A stretch of 63,100 nucleotides of DNA, the filler included, from Phoronis australis (lineage: Eukaryota; Animalia; Phoronida), in the NCBI GenBank assembly GCA_002633005.1. It is 5 parts of 5 records of this genome, joined end to end, with 100 filler letters (N's around TTAATTAATTAA, not from the genome) between each part and the next. Parts side by side here need not be neighbours in the genome. Positions count along the whole stretch, not along the records: positions 1 to 26,481 come from NMRA01001048.1; positions 26,582 to 44,044 come from NMRA01000423.1; 3 more parts are not named here. One strand, 5' to 3'. The first letter of the stretch is position 1. Every line of letters begins with the position of its first letter. Shown here in pieces: positions 24,930 through 38,806 of this stretch. A program made the translations under genes and the position numbers. The notes under the pieces are model-generated. The model saw only the letters and a program-made list of their open reading frames with translations, was not told the origin of the DNA and made no database searches.

Positions 24930-25693
24930 TAGACTGCCTATGTAAACGAAGCAAGAAAAAACTGAGCATCTTTCCCGTCCTCAATGAACTGGAATTTACG
25001 CTTCATCGTTTACCCACGAGATCCTTCATTTTGTAATATTTCCAGATCAGTTTTTGCTCTCTCCAAATTCTGAACAATTCCAAACCGGCTCTACCTTAAC
25101 ACATTTCTGTCCTGCTAATTTACTTATCCCTAAAGTCTGCAGCTTTATCTTCTGACTCGAGCGCTCACATGCACACTCTCAGTAATGCGTGTAGGCTACC
25201 CAAGCATAATATGCACGTGCTGAAAAACTTTGAACTGAACAGGTCCAGCCATGGCCCCGTTGTGCTATGCCTGTTCACCGATATAACAAGCGCTTTGACA
25301 AAAATCGATGTCTAGATATCACTGGTGCGAAAGTTTTAACAGAGTGGTAGTGTTACCAGAATCACTGAATTTGAGACTCTTACTCAGCTCACAAATTGGC
25401 TAAAATGCTAGTCTAAAGGAAACACTTAAATCTGCACTCTGTACTACCGCAAGCTTCACCACGCTGACGATTTTATCTGCCACCGACCGTAGCATATCTA
25501 CTTCCTCATCAGTCGTGTTTCACTTTCGCCTCACATGCCGCACTGTGCGCGTTTTCAGTTAAGACGGTCTCGGTCGATACGCAGAATAACGTCGAGAGAG
25601 ATGTTACTACATGTACGCCAATCGTGGTACGTTTTGTATTTATCCCATACGCTTCGAGTTCCTAAGTTTCTTTCATTTTCCGCAGAATTTTAA

Positions 25694-26481
25694 AGTCCTT
25701 GCAAACTGCCAATGTGGTTCCATTATCCGAAAATACTTACTACATAAATTCTTATTTTCGACACCCTTTCTTTATATTCTTTTCGCCTTTCTTGCCAAAA
25801 GCGATTTTTTAACAGTATTTGACCTTTCTCTCTGAGCGTATGATTACCGGTTGTCATCGGTTATTTCCGTACCCACATTTCCGGCTCATCAGTTCTGTCC
25901 TGAACGCCGCCATTTTTTCCTTGTAACTGAATGTGCTATGGCTTGCTCGAAAAGTCTTCATTATTTTATTTATTAGTAATATATCGTGATTCGTTTGCAT
26001 ATGTAGTGTATTTATAGTTTGTAGTTTGTGGTCGTTGATTTTTTTGGAATGTTACGCGTACTTAGTATGTTAAAATAGCATTGGTGTTTAGTTCCTTACG
26101 TAGGCCGGTCGAACCTAGGAACCAATATGGGTCGAACCTATTTTTTCGGTTTTATTTTTTTTCTCGTTTTGAAAAAGTACTTTGCTATCATCGGAAAGGT
26201 AGTACATTCTACTCAGTAAAAATCGAAAAAGTATCAAAATCGGGGCAAGCACTGTAAAGTTATTGCAAGTTTTGTGGCGAAATTTGGGTCACTTTGTTTG
26301 GATCGCGTCGGCCATATTGGAGGACAGCGGGATGAGTTACGAGTTTAAAACTTTGTGTAAATTGTTTTCGCCAACAAATTACGGTGACATTTAGTTAGAC
26401 ATAACTTTACTTACTATTCTGCACGATTTAGCAGTGTTCACGAAATTTCAGCCTCGCAGTTGTTACTCATTAAGTGATAAA
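25694..26481 (+). mobile_element. Left arm of a long inverted repeat, TTAA-flanked (Kolobok-like end)
   Basis: Preceded by TTAA at 25690-25693 and closely matches the reverse complement of 30027-30832 throughout. The inner end runs into an N gap. Confidence 0.85.
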
Positions 26482-27499
26482 NNNNNNNNNNNNNNNNNNN
26501 NNNNNNNNNNNNNNNNNNNNNNNNNTTAATTAATTAANNNNNNNNNNNNNNNNNNNNNNNNNNNNNNNNNNNNNNNNNNNNGTATTCTTGCGTGTTCTGT
26601 CTGCTAACAACGAACTACGCTCATGTTTTGGTCTGTATCTTGAAAAATCTCACAAGCATGGACAGTGTTCCAAGTACAATGTACTCGAAATATTGTGTAG
26701 TGGTAACTTTCCATTGACAAAATATACCTATGACATAGACTTATTCCTTGAAAACTATTGCAAACGTTTAATAACATGGCTAATTTTCGTTTAAGGTAGA
26801 TGTTCAAAATGAAGACTATATCACAGTCCTTTAAGTTTTTTCTTCATGTTAATTTCAAACAACGATTTGAGTCTTATTTTTGGAAATTCCTCATGCTAAA
26901 TTGTAAGCCTTTAAAATAATTCTGAACAATCAATTTTGAGTACCGTGCTTGTCCGGGTTACCGTTATGGGCGCTTAAATTTGAATCTAAAAAAACGGGGG
27001 TGTGCAGTAAGCCTACCATGGGCAGTGTTTTCTTTATGATTAGGAACGTTTTGAACCCGTCTGTTGTGTCTGAAAATTACAATCAAAATGCACCCATGGG
27101 AATATACCGGCCACCAGGGTGTATATAACAACGCTTTGTCCGAGTATAGGTGTGGTACTACCACTCCCTTTCGTCACTCGTTATAAATTTCACTCAAACC
27201 CACGTTGCCACGGATTCACTGAAATTCAAAGAGAGGGCCACAGTTGTTGACAAGGACAGTATCTGATGAAACAGTTCCCCATTAGCATTGCCTTCATTAG
27301 ACACAAGATGGCCGAGTACCAAGCTGACTACACAGTCACATACACAGACTTGTCAATTTACTGCCACATAATCGGGAATCGTGACAAGGGTTGCGATACA
27401 TTTTTGTGGTAACGTTTTCCTGTCGTAATTTTTTGATCTTGTCAAGGTCTAGAACTGGTCATCATCGTAGCAAGTCTTCAACAGAACCGGACTAATCAT

Positions 27500-29960
27500 C
27501 TGCTTCTTTAACATTTGACAGTTAGTAACTTTCTGCATACCAAACATTTCTACCAACGATTTTAACGCAATGGGTGATTTTTGGTTTCAAATTTGAATGC
27601 GTTATAGAATATATTGTGTTTTGTGTGAGATGGTTTTGCCAAATCAACCCTTTTTTATTTTTGTGTCCTTGTGTATTAAAGAGTACACAAAATCCTCGGG
27701 ATTATTTCCACTTAAGCGTTTCGTCACGAGCATACTTTAATTGAGTTTATCCTACACAGATTGTTCGTTGTAGAAATTTTGTGTAAACAGAGGAGCAGGG
27801 CTAGCACGTGTAGTTTTGACCTGGGAAATTTTGTATTGTGGCCACTTTAATATTCATATTGTTATTATAGTGGTAGAGCTGCATTGTCGCTTCATCTACT
27901 ATATTCAAAACATGGCAGTGACAATACATGGACCAGTTTGGTATATTTATAATGCAGCTTTGCGCCAATCTAGGTGTGATAGAACTGCACTTCAACTTCC
28001 GGTTGCAGCAATAACACGCCAGCAGTCGTCATCAATTTCAGAAATACAAAAAGATGGTCACAGACGTCACCGAGGAAAATTCACGATGAAGCAGGCCTTT
28101 GCGACCATGGTCTTCATGATATGCGTTAGCAAGATGGCTTTCTATCAAGCATACTACAATCATGAGTTTCCTTGTAAGTTTAATGTTCTCCAATTTTACC
28201 ATGCCGTTTATAGTAAGTCTTATATTTCAGACCCTCTTGGCATTGCTGACATTGACAAGCAGATCTCAAAAATCTCTCTTGATGGGTCTCATGCTGTGTA
28301 TCGCAAGAAATCTGACCAGAAAGTGACTACGACAGCAGGTATGCATGTTGTGTAAAATCACGTTTGAATACTGGAACAACCATTGTAAACAACAATGGAG
28401 GTTAATTGTATTTTGAAAAAAAGAACAAAGACAAGCGTATTTATTTCTTGTTGAAGGCAAAATGTCATCATGTATACGTTACGATTAATTTTCAAATGAT
28501 TGTTTCTTTAAAATGACCCAAGTTCAAGAAAAACAAAGAATCTGGCTATTTCGCTTGCAATCACTGAATATTAAGGAAAAGTGAAGTCAGATCAAAACGT
28601 GGGTTTAAGTTTGATGGGCAACACTCAGATACTCAGAACAAGCAAATGGTAGTCGTAGCCGTCACGTGCAAATTAAAATGTCCAGCCAACCCTGCAGGTG
28701 CAAGTTATTGAAGTCTGTCTAGTTCGAATTTAACTGTGACTGAAAAACATCGAGGGCCAGCTAGACCACTTAATACCCGAATTTTATTTCAAATCAAACG
28801 GCAGTCCTTGATGGTGACACTGATACCAGCCTTATAATTTAAAGAGGGAAACGACGACATAACAAAGTGCTGTCTGTATGAAGCATATTGAGTCTAGTGA
28901 GAGAAGTTCTTGCCAAATTACCCATTTATTATTTTTCAGTTCTTCTGTCTTTCAGAATCCCAAAAATTCCTCAGGAATCTGTTTTACAGGAATGATTTCA
29001 AGTTTCATTGTTCCTAAGACCACGTGTATGCATAAAAACGTCTTACGTGATTTTGGCAGCTGTCACAATTGTGTTTGCTCTCGTGACCGCAAGTTGAGGC
29101 CCTGAGTCATTTTTGTGCAGGCACGCCCCTAAATGTAGCCGTCAGTTTGCTCAACAGTAAATCTGACACGTGAGTGAAACCTTGTACAGTTGTATAAGTA
29201 AAGTTTTACTGAGACCTAACATCATAACGAACATTAATCAATAAAACTAGTAGAAATACAACCATCAGTGTCAGTACTAAGATGTTAAAATATTCAACAC
29301 CCTTCGAGCAATGCATTCTCGGTCAAGGGTACATGTATGACACACACTACCGGAAATGTGTAGATGGAAGTAAATAAAATCGCACTGAAGACCAAATGAT
29401 CGTATACAATAGCCAGCATTAACAATACCGGTCATAGTTTTACTATTTCAGTAATTTATGTTTTTATCCGTCGATAACTGCACGGCATTCCAGCATCTAT
29501 TTGATTTAATTATTATTAGTAATCACCAAGCGGTGATCATGACCCAGGGAAGCACGATCAAATGCCAATTTTTACTGAGGTTACGACGGTTTTGTATCAA
29601 ACAGATGTACACAATAATTTCAAGCAAAATTGCCACCTAAAATGAAACTCTGACTGATATGTATGGTGAAGATTGATATCTGGAATCCTTTTGATTTCGT
29701 CTCAGAAATGTGAATTTTTAAGTTTTGTATTTTGGAATTTGTGTGATCTTTCTCAAACACATCTTGGCTAAAATCATAGCCACCTTTGCTAAACAACGTC
29801 TTTACACAACCACATTTTAACTGATCTTAAAGAGCAGTAGGTGTTTTTTTACTATATTCAAGTAAACATGGTTTAGCAAACATTTATGTGACAAGTCTAA
29901 CCTTGGCAATCTTTGGAACACCAAACAGTGCTCCAGGATATTTTTCTTATTTCTATGCAG
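27500..29960 (+). pseudogene. Decayed Toll-like receptor gene, copy A (internally deleted)
   Basis: Across frameshifts: LRR-like IDKQISKISLD, LSLMGN (28605-28622) and FYFKSN; an LRRCT relic ending KLRP; TM-like ALTIPVIVLL/ISVIYVFIRR (~29410-29473); TIR box1-like YDGFVS (29582-29599). Colinear with copy D. Confidence 0.62.
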
Positions 29961-30026
29961 AATTAAATGTTAAACTATGTTAAATGTTAAACTATGAGAC
30001 GAAGTCCAACGGGAATTGTGAGCACA

Positions 30027-30832
30027 TTTATCACTTAATGAGTAACAACTGCGAGGCTGAAATTTGGTGAACACTGTGAAATCGTGCAGAATAGTAAGTA
30101 AAGATATTTCTAACTAAATTTCACCGTAATTTGTTGGCGAAAACAATTTACACAAAGTTTTAAACTCGTAACTTATCCCGCTGTCCTCTTGTATGGCCGA
30201 CGCGACCCAAACAAAGTGACCCAAATTTAGCCACAAAACTTGCAATAACTTTACACTGCTTGCCCCGATTTTGATACTTTTTCGATTTTTACTGAGTAGA
30301 ATGCACTACCTTTCCGATGTTCGCAAAGTACTTTTTCAAAACGAGAAAAAAAATAAAACCGAAAAAAATTGGTTCGACCCATATTGGTTCCTAGGTTCGA
30401 CCGGCCTACATGTACGTAAGGAACTAAACACCTATGCTATTTTAACATACTAAGTACGCGTAACATTCCAAAAAACATCAACGACCACTAACTACAAACT
30501 ATAAATACACTACATATGCAAACGAATCACGAGATGTTACTAATAAAACAAAATAATGAAGACTTTTCGAGCAAGCGATAGCACATTCAGTTACAATGAA
30601 AAAATGGCGGCTTTCAGGACAAGTTCCTGAACTGATGACCGGAAATGTGGGTACGGAAATAACCGATGGCAACTGGTAATCATACGCTCAGAGAGAAGGG
30701 TCAAATACTGTTCAAAAATCGCTTTTGGCAAGAAAGGCGAAAAGAGTATAAAGAAAGGGTGTCGAAAACAAGATTTTATGTAGTAAGTATTTTCGGATAC
30801 TAGAACCACATGGGCAGTTTGCAAGAAGGACT
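30027..30832 (-). mobile_element. Right arm of a long inverted repeat, TTAA-flanked
   Basis: Reverse complement of 25694-26481, followed by TTAA at 30833-30836. Confidence 0.85.
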
Positions 30833-32159
30833 TTAAAGAGGCATTGAACTGTAAACTTGTAAACACTACATTTCAAAATGTCGTGGATAACCTTCTTCAC
30901 GGGGAGGCTAAATTTGAGAGTTTTACATCTTGAATATTAACAGAGGAAATGTGGCGTGCGTTCAAAGAAGTCGGGTTGGCTACCGCTTGAACTCTGCATT
31001 GTTTTGTTTACATCAAAGGTCAAAGGGCACATATAAGGGCAATTTTCGGACACCCTCGCGCTCTGGTAGCCGTATCAATTTCCGGCCGTTTCCTCCGTAT
31101 TTTGATCTTTGTTTCATGGTAGGACGATGGAGTAAACACATTTACTTTTTTAGAGAGATTTTCTGTTTTAATTTATTACTAGAGTGGGTCCTTTAGTTAA
31201 ATTATACCGTCTTTTTGTTAAGACTACAGGCACTTCTTGCTGGCTGCATTTCTTGTACAGACGAGTGGATAAACAATTGGACAGTAAATAGGAATCAAAG
31301 TGGGAATCAAAAACGACATGGCAACAGTTATGCACTCAGGCGGTATCGTTACGTTTTCAGTTATGGCCGTCATTCACAACCTGTTCCTCACTGGATGTGT
31401 AGGGTATCGCAGTCACTGAAATAGACGAGAATGGTCGATGATTTTCTAATTTTTGCCGAGGTACAACATTGTGTTCATTAGACTTACGTTTTATTATAAA
31501 ACTGAACGAAACCTGTAATAGATTATGTATTGCGACTGCTAGATGGCGTATTGTTTGATGTACGCTCTCCTCTGTCTGAAAAATACATATGAAGTGACCT
31601 CCTAAAAGATGGCTGTTGTGTGTCTTACGGACTCGAATCGAATCTGGAACCATCAACGTTAACAAAACCTTATAGCGTGTACATGTTATTTGATTTTGTG
31701 TTCTTTGCTTTGAAATGTTTCGTTTGGAATAAACTCTCAAAATCGACTTCAAATGAAACTCTAAAATTTCATGGCTGGCAAAGAGATCATCTCCTTAACG
31801 TGCCATATTTCAATTGTATGCACTGGACATGACTTTCTTTTGACAAAAGGCGGCCCCCAAACCGACTTGCCAAAGTGCCATTAGTTCAAACCTTTCTCCA
31901 GTCCGAAAAACTCGCGTGAAATTTAAACACTTAACTGGGCCCAGCGGTTCTGCCTTATTTGGAATGGAACGTTGGAAATTGCACAATTAATGTTATGGTC
32001 TCCTCAGAACAGCTGGTCAATTTATCGTCAATAAATCATATTAAATTGTGGAAATAGACAATCTTGAGTATCGTACTCGTCCGGGTTACCGCCCAGGCGC
32101 TTAAATTAGGAATCTAACAAACAGGGGTGGGCGGTAAGCCTAGCGTGGGCGGTAAATTT

Positions 32160-34545
32160 TGTTATTTTCACTTTTACCCTTCCGTTTATAGTAAATTTTA
32201 TATTTCAGAAACTCATAACATTGTTGACATTGACAAACAGATCTCAAAAAACCCTCTTGATGCGTCTCATGCTGTGTATCGCCAGACACCAGACCTAAAA
32301 GTGACTACGACAGCAGGTATGCATAGTGTGTAAAACTCATTTTTTCAAATACTGGAAAAACATTGTAAATAACAATAGGGATTAATTTCATTTCAATAAA
32401 AAGAACAAAGACAAGGCGATTTACTTGTCGTCGGCAACATGTTACCATGGATACTTTACGATTAAGTTTTAAATGACTGTTTCTTTATACTAACCCAGGT
32501 TCAACAAAAACAAAAAATCTGGCTATCTAGAAATCACAATTTTCGTGGAAAGATCCATAAATTAAAAAAGAGTGAATATATCTCAGCTTACTGTAGTTGC
32601 GTGCGGTGTCCTCAGCCATATCTAAACAAACCCGCTCCTCTTGTCAGCATTTATCGTAAGGTAAAATTTCTGAAATTGGAATTACACTGGTTGCAAAAAA
32701 ATGCAGAAAATTCTGATGTAACTAGTTATGGTTTGGTGCGTATCACGCGTGTCTGCTGTTTCGTACACTTTGTAAGTTCAATACTTATCACACAGTTTTG
32801 ATGTTTTGGGGTGGAAATGATTAGGCGTACACTGCACATGTAAATAGGAGTAGTGTCAATCTAATGTTCACTTTGTTTATGAGAGCCTCAGTCGATGGAA
32901 ATGCGAGTCTTGGCTCGAAGTTACATGTAATAAGCTCAATATAATTGTCTTCGCAGTAAGCAGATGGATTTAACAGTGACGCATCGACGCGTTGCTACAG
33001 CTTCTGGGGTCACTGTTGTCGCATTACACCACGTGGTGGCACCCAACAAAGTCTTCTGGAAATGATTCCAATGCAGATTTGTCCATCTTTTACGGTTTAC
33101 AAACATGCTTCCGGATATTTAAAACAAAAGAACACAATCATAAGTTTGTTCACAAAGCCACGGTTTGCATGCAATTACTTTGAAAGATAGTGCGTGCAAA
33201 CAGCCAAACTACTCCACAATTACACTAATCAGAGGAAAGGAGGATGTCGGCTAGCAAAATATTTCACAAATCCCATATTTCCTTAATTTACCGCAAAGTT
33301 TCCCGCGTGCTAACAGTGAATGTTTAGGAAAAGGAAGTCAGATCAAAACGTGGGTTGAAGTGTGATTGGCTAACATTCACATTCTCAGAACAAGCAAATG
33401 CTAGTCTTAGCCATCACGTGCAACTTAAACTGTCCATTCAACCCAGCATTCGCAAATTATTTTTGAAGTTGGCGCGGGTAGGAATTAAGCCGTGACTCAA
33501 AAATATTGAGGACCAACAAGATCACCTATAATTCGAACTTTACTTCAAATCAAACGGCAGTGCCATCCCTGATGGTGAGACATACATGTACTAAAGGAAG
33601 GTTTCAGTTGTCATTTGAATGACGATACTTTATAATAAATTAGAATCCATACAGATTCGGATTTTTTCTAATATTCTATGGCTTGTCTGAATCAAATTGC
33701 ATAGAATCACTGTTTTCAAAAAGGGATAGCTCTCAAACAGGCGTGGTCCGTGCCCAATTGCTTTTAACCTTTCCCTGTCAATGACCAACGACGTTTATCA
33801 CAATGAATTAATTGTCGGTTTCCAAATAGACTGCCTGTATACAGCATATTGCGTTTTATGAGAGAAGGGCAAGCCAAATTACCCGTTTATTATTTTTCAG
33901 TTCTAGTGTATTTCACAATCTCACAAATCCACTAGGAATTTGTTTTACAGGAATTATTTACACTAATTTGTTATGTCATGGCTAACAATTTCCTGGAGTT
34001 AGTCCTGCAAAAACTGTTCTTGTGTAAACACAGTTTATGTCATGCAGTTTTTAAGTGATGTGGGAAGGGCATTTGTGAACGGTTTCCTATAATATCTCTA
34101 AATTTTCAAGTGCCATAATTTAAAAAAAATAACATTCTATATGTTTCTAAGCCCGTCTGTTTGCATAAAAAATAAGGTCTTATGTAATTTCGGCAGCTAT
34201 CACAATTGTGTTTGGTCTCTTGACTACATTTTGAGGCTTTCCTGAGTCGTTTTTGTTCATGTATGTTCTTGTATCACTTTGATTTCTTTGCAAAAATCAG
34301 AATATTTAAGTTTTGTATTTTGAAAACGATCTTTCTAGCACACAACTTAGCTGAAATCATAGCAATTTTTACTAAACGACCTCTTTACAAAATCGCAATT
34401 TAACCGATCTTAAAAGGCAATAAGTGTTTTTTACTATTTTCAAATAAATATGGTTTCACTTTAGTTGATGTGACAATGTCTGTTCCGTTTGTAGCGAGTC
34501 AAATCTTGACAACCTTTGGAACAAAAAAGTGTTCAGGGATCTCTT
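32160..34545 (+). pseudogene. Decayed Toll-like receptor gene, copy B (TM and TIR box1 deleted)
   Basis: LRR relic ELYFKSNGSAIPDG (33535-33576); internal YCSC cluster near 32590; LRRCT-position HNCVWSLDYILR near 34200; only the 3' part of the TIR-like region remains (~34275-34430). Confidence 0.6.
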
Positions 34546-35139
34546 TTTTATTTTTGTGTAGAGTTACATGTAAATGTCTCACTATATTTGTGTGTAGAGT
34601 TACATGTAAAGGTCTCACTATATTCGAAGCACTGGCATTACACAGGATAGACATAGCAGGTAACTAATGCAATACAAAGCGTTTAAATAACCAATAGTTC
34701 ATCGGCTAAAATCAAGCTTCTAGAAGTGTTTATCAATATCACAAAAATGGCTCCCAAGTGACGCAAAATATCTCAACCGTCTTGAAAATCGGAGTGTGTC
34801 ATCATCTTGCTAACAGACAGATATTTACCTCATTGTCCGGAGTTGCAGGGGCAAACATAAAACTTCAAATCGCCATTAAAATGCACCTCTACCACTGAAA
34901 TGCGCCAGTGTGATGTTCGTAGGAATACATATACCAAAGTTTCACAAGAACGGTTTGAGTTTAGTGTTGCTAAGGTATTAAACAACTAGTTTTGTATGAA
35001 ACCAAAAGCCTCAAACTAGCTCAACTTTGTACAGCACTGAAAAATGCCCAATATGGAAACACATGTTGATTAGCAACAAAATGCCACGAGATACCGATTT
35101 GTGTTTACTTGGCACTGAATATGTGTCATAAGTGAAGAA

Positions 35140-36165
35140 ATTCCAAAAAAATGTCACGTGTAGAGCAGGCGTTACTTCTACTTCGGGTGTTAACAAGGCC
35201 AGGACTTGACTCCTATAACTGCAGGAGGAGAATGAGTATTTTGAAAAAGAAATTTGTTGAGTATTAAAGGGGTTTTGAGGTGCACTTTGGACCTAGAAAT
35301 TTCAATTTCAACAACTCACTCATTCTTAATGCACGGCAGGAGATGCTACCCACCATTGGCACTGGTGACAACGGTAAGTCCATGGGCTCGAAATAAAGTG
35401 CAAAAAGCAATCATAGAAACGAGCGGAAGAGGAAAAAATACTAGCTAGAAATTGGGTCATTCTCACTCGCGGCATAGGAGTTGCGACGCCTGTTTTCGAA
35501 CATCACTTTTTACGAGCCCAAATTGGAAAAGACAAGCGGAAATACATTTATGCCGACACTCGAAATTTCCGATCGGATATTTATAACCCACGTTTATATC
35601 AATATAGATTTGGTAAAATTGCCAAAGAACCAATAATTTATGCTTGCGTCCTCGTGATTTTGATAAACTGAAAAATTCCCCAAGAATCCGCTTTGCAGGA
35701 ATTATAATTTCAATTAATGAGTTCCATGATGAATAGATTTTACGAGAATATTGTTTTTAGGACTTTTTTGTCACAGTGCTTGAAAGAGCACTATCGTGTT
35801 ATTATACCGAGTATTTACTTAAGTGCATTATCGTAATGAGGACACTTGAATATTCGATTGTTATTCTTTACTAGTAAACTTTATGATCTGTCATTCACAT
35901 GGAATTCTGCATTGCAGCTCTGAAAATTTCAAACATCTCTGTTGATCAGGTTCAATTTGAGTGTGACTATATTGTGTATATAACAGGCTTAAAACTTGCT
36001 ACCATGACAGGTTTCAATTTTGTTTAAAAACCCCATTTTTGAATACTATAAATCCCATGGTAAATAGTGATGGAGTTTAATTGTATTTCAAATGAAAAGA
36101 ACAATGACAAGGCAGTTTAATGCTCCTTGAAGGCAAAAAGTTTCCATGTATATAGTCGCAATAAC
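35140..36165 (+). pseudogene. 5' fragment of a further array unit (copy C)
   Basis: 35140-35385 matches 43455-43680; 35660-35770 and 35900-36165 match the LRR-like segments of copies A, B and D. Confidence 0.45.
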
Positions 36166-36185
36166 TTCTTCAATCTTTTTTGATG

Positions 36186-36618
36186 TTCTTTCACGCTTCT
36201 TCGAAATGAAGACAATGAGAACAAACAATGTTGTGACATACAAAACAAAATTTATGTTATAAAAATCTAGAATGTCAAATGAATGGGAATATTTCTTAAC
36301 TTACCTTACATGTAGTTAGGTTTAGTGTATTAAACCACTAACATTTGTCAAATCCGAGTCTATTTTGTTGGCATTGGTTGTCTCATGGTTATTACTTTTG
36401 AGTCTATTGTTAACTCGTTGTTATCTTTGTTTATTAGAATCATGGGTGGAAAAAGATATACCTCAGCCCTCAAAGAGGGCAAGGAAGACAAATGTAGGTA
36501 AGTTCCGCCATTAAAACTATGGATATAAAGAAGAGGTAAAGGTCAACTGACTATTTCTATTCGTTGTCTATCTCGAACTTCTAAGGTTGACTGTACTGGA
36601 ATTAGAATTGTTTGAGAA
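36186..36618 (+). repeat. Direct repeat, copy 1 (copy 2 at 38807-39211)
   Basis: About 420 bp of closely matching sequence, from ttctttcacgcttcttc to ggaattagaatt; no TG...CA termini. Confidence 0.85.
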
Positions 36619-38806
36619 GAGGGAGACAAGTCACCAAGCGAAATCCAACTGGACGGCCAGTGGCAGCCATTGTTGCTTCATGGACCGTAGAGACAAATAG
36701 CGGGCGTGTGTGCAATAAAAAATATGGCAAGACATGACGGCTCCAGTTGGTAAAAAAGCAATGGTGCTTTTTGCATGTCTGCAGCTTTGCAGCAATTAAT
36801 TGAATATTCGTGACTGATGCGTTTTTGCTTCTCCACTGTTTAAGATCAGATGTTCACGATTGAAACAAAGAATGCTTTGTGTGAAACTGTTGCCAGTCAA
36901 CCAGGGCTGGACTGGGTGATTTGAACTTAATGTCTTCATTGTTCCCTGCATTTGATCCCTTCCATGGAATATTATCGTTAACTGTTTGAATGACTTTGGG
37001 AACTACTGATTAGTTTATTCTATGCCCATTGATTGCTTTCTTTCATTTCTTTCTGCAGTCTTCATACATTCAGATCCAAAAAAGATAATAATATTTACAA
37101 TTTTTTCTTATTTACTAATTTATCATCGTTATGTTGTCATATTTTATCCCTTTTAATTCTGTTTTTATTATTGTTTATTTGTTTTTATTTATTTATTCAT
37201 TGTTTTTATTTGTTTGCTGTTGCTTACATGCTGACTGCAGTTGGTCAATAATCTTGATATGACCATGACATGGACGTAGTGCATACTAAGTATTTAATGT
37301 AGGATTTGGTAACCTGCTTGATAAATTTTCATAGGAATTGTTGAATGAAGTGTTCTTTTAAAAGCAAAGTGAGCTCTACACCGCGGGGTACTTCGGAAGT
37401 ACGTCTATTACCTTGGAAACCCATTAACATTCATTGACGATGCCGTTTGTTTAGATGTTTCGTTTTGACACGCTTCTTAAAACATCAAGTCAAGAAATTA
37501 GGCGTTCTTACTTTGTTTACTTTGAAGTTGGCTTGGCGATGTGGGCTGAATATGCCTGAACTAAGTGCTAATAGTTGATTTTAAAAAGTGTGAATTGTTT
37601 ACGCGAGCTGGAACGCATCGACAAAACTACCCTAAATGGACTGTGTATTCCATTGGCATCTTAGCTGTGGTCATAAAAGGCAGGTTTATTAAAATGCAGG
37701 CAGAAATTCCATCTCTTGCTTCTTCTCAGCCCCTCACCCCTCTTGAATCCAGTTTCATTCACCACAACCTACCCCAATACGTTACCCAATTCAGATACCA
37801 TCAGGCACGGCTGCTGATGGTCCAGTGAATAAGTCCCAAATAGCGACTCCACTCTGTTCCCTAAAAGTGCTGCATATTTTGAGCTTTCTACGTTGAATTC
37901 TCAATATTATTGAAAATAACTAAGGATCTTTTCATGCAACGCCTCCTTAAGGACTAAGTCCCTAAATGTTTGACTGATTTAAGGAATCGCCGGGCTTTTA
38001 GTTACAATATTATAAAACGTCATAAGTCAACAGAGGACCTCTTAATGATTGAAGATAAATGCGAGAAAATATAAAAACTGTGAGTAAAGAATTTAAAAAT
38101 ACGCAAAAGACTTAAACAACACAGTTGAGCACAGACAAATCCTTTGCCAAAGGGGTTCAGACCCCCAATTTTCCCTCAATTTTAGTGATGTCAAAGTTGA
38201 CTTGGGCCACCCAACCTAAAAAAATCTTTGATCGGACCCCCCTTTTAAAAAATCCTAGATCTTCCCCTGTTGACACGATATTTGGGAATGTTTCAAGTAA
38301 CTGAGCACAGTCGTAACGTGTGGGTTTTCGAAACAATTATATAAAAACATTTTGAGAGTATTATTTTTTCAATTATATTTTAAAATAAAGTTTGTGCACT
38401 GAAAGTTTAAATAATTAATTGTTAATTAATTGATATTAACACCTGGAATATTAGGAAAGGAAAATATTTTCGCCTCCAATTTTTTGGTTGAGGGGCGCCC
38501 CTACCCGTTTTTGCTTCTTCATCAGATCCATATTATGTTTATTATTAACCGGAACTCCATGGACAAAATCCTACGTACAGGTACTACACGTGCTCACCCT
38601 TCAATCACCTATTTTCACCTGTTTTCCTCTGATTACTGTGTCACTGCTTTGCTTATGATGTATTTGCGGTAATTTTCATTACCTTTACTGCACATTTTTT
38701 CTTGATATACTCTGGTTTGCTTATGTGTATCATCCATTGCACTACTCACATTTTTTAATGGTTAGTCTTGTTAACGTCTTTGGGTGGCAATGACTTTGTC
38801 TATTTT

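Noticed and set aside
24750-24932. Cys/Val-repeat ORF
   Set aside because: Translation of the (TG)n microsatellite.
26526-26537. TTAATTAATTAA islands inside N runs (also 44089-44100, 57131-57142, 61549-61560)
   Set aside because: An identical all-frame-stop 12-mer centred in 100-bp gaps is a scaffolding linker, not biological sequence.
27816-28355. 179-aa plus-strand ORF as an independent gene
   Set aside because: It has a non-ATG start, only its 3' part is shared with paralogous copies, and that part is better explained as an LRR pseudogene remnant.
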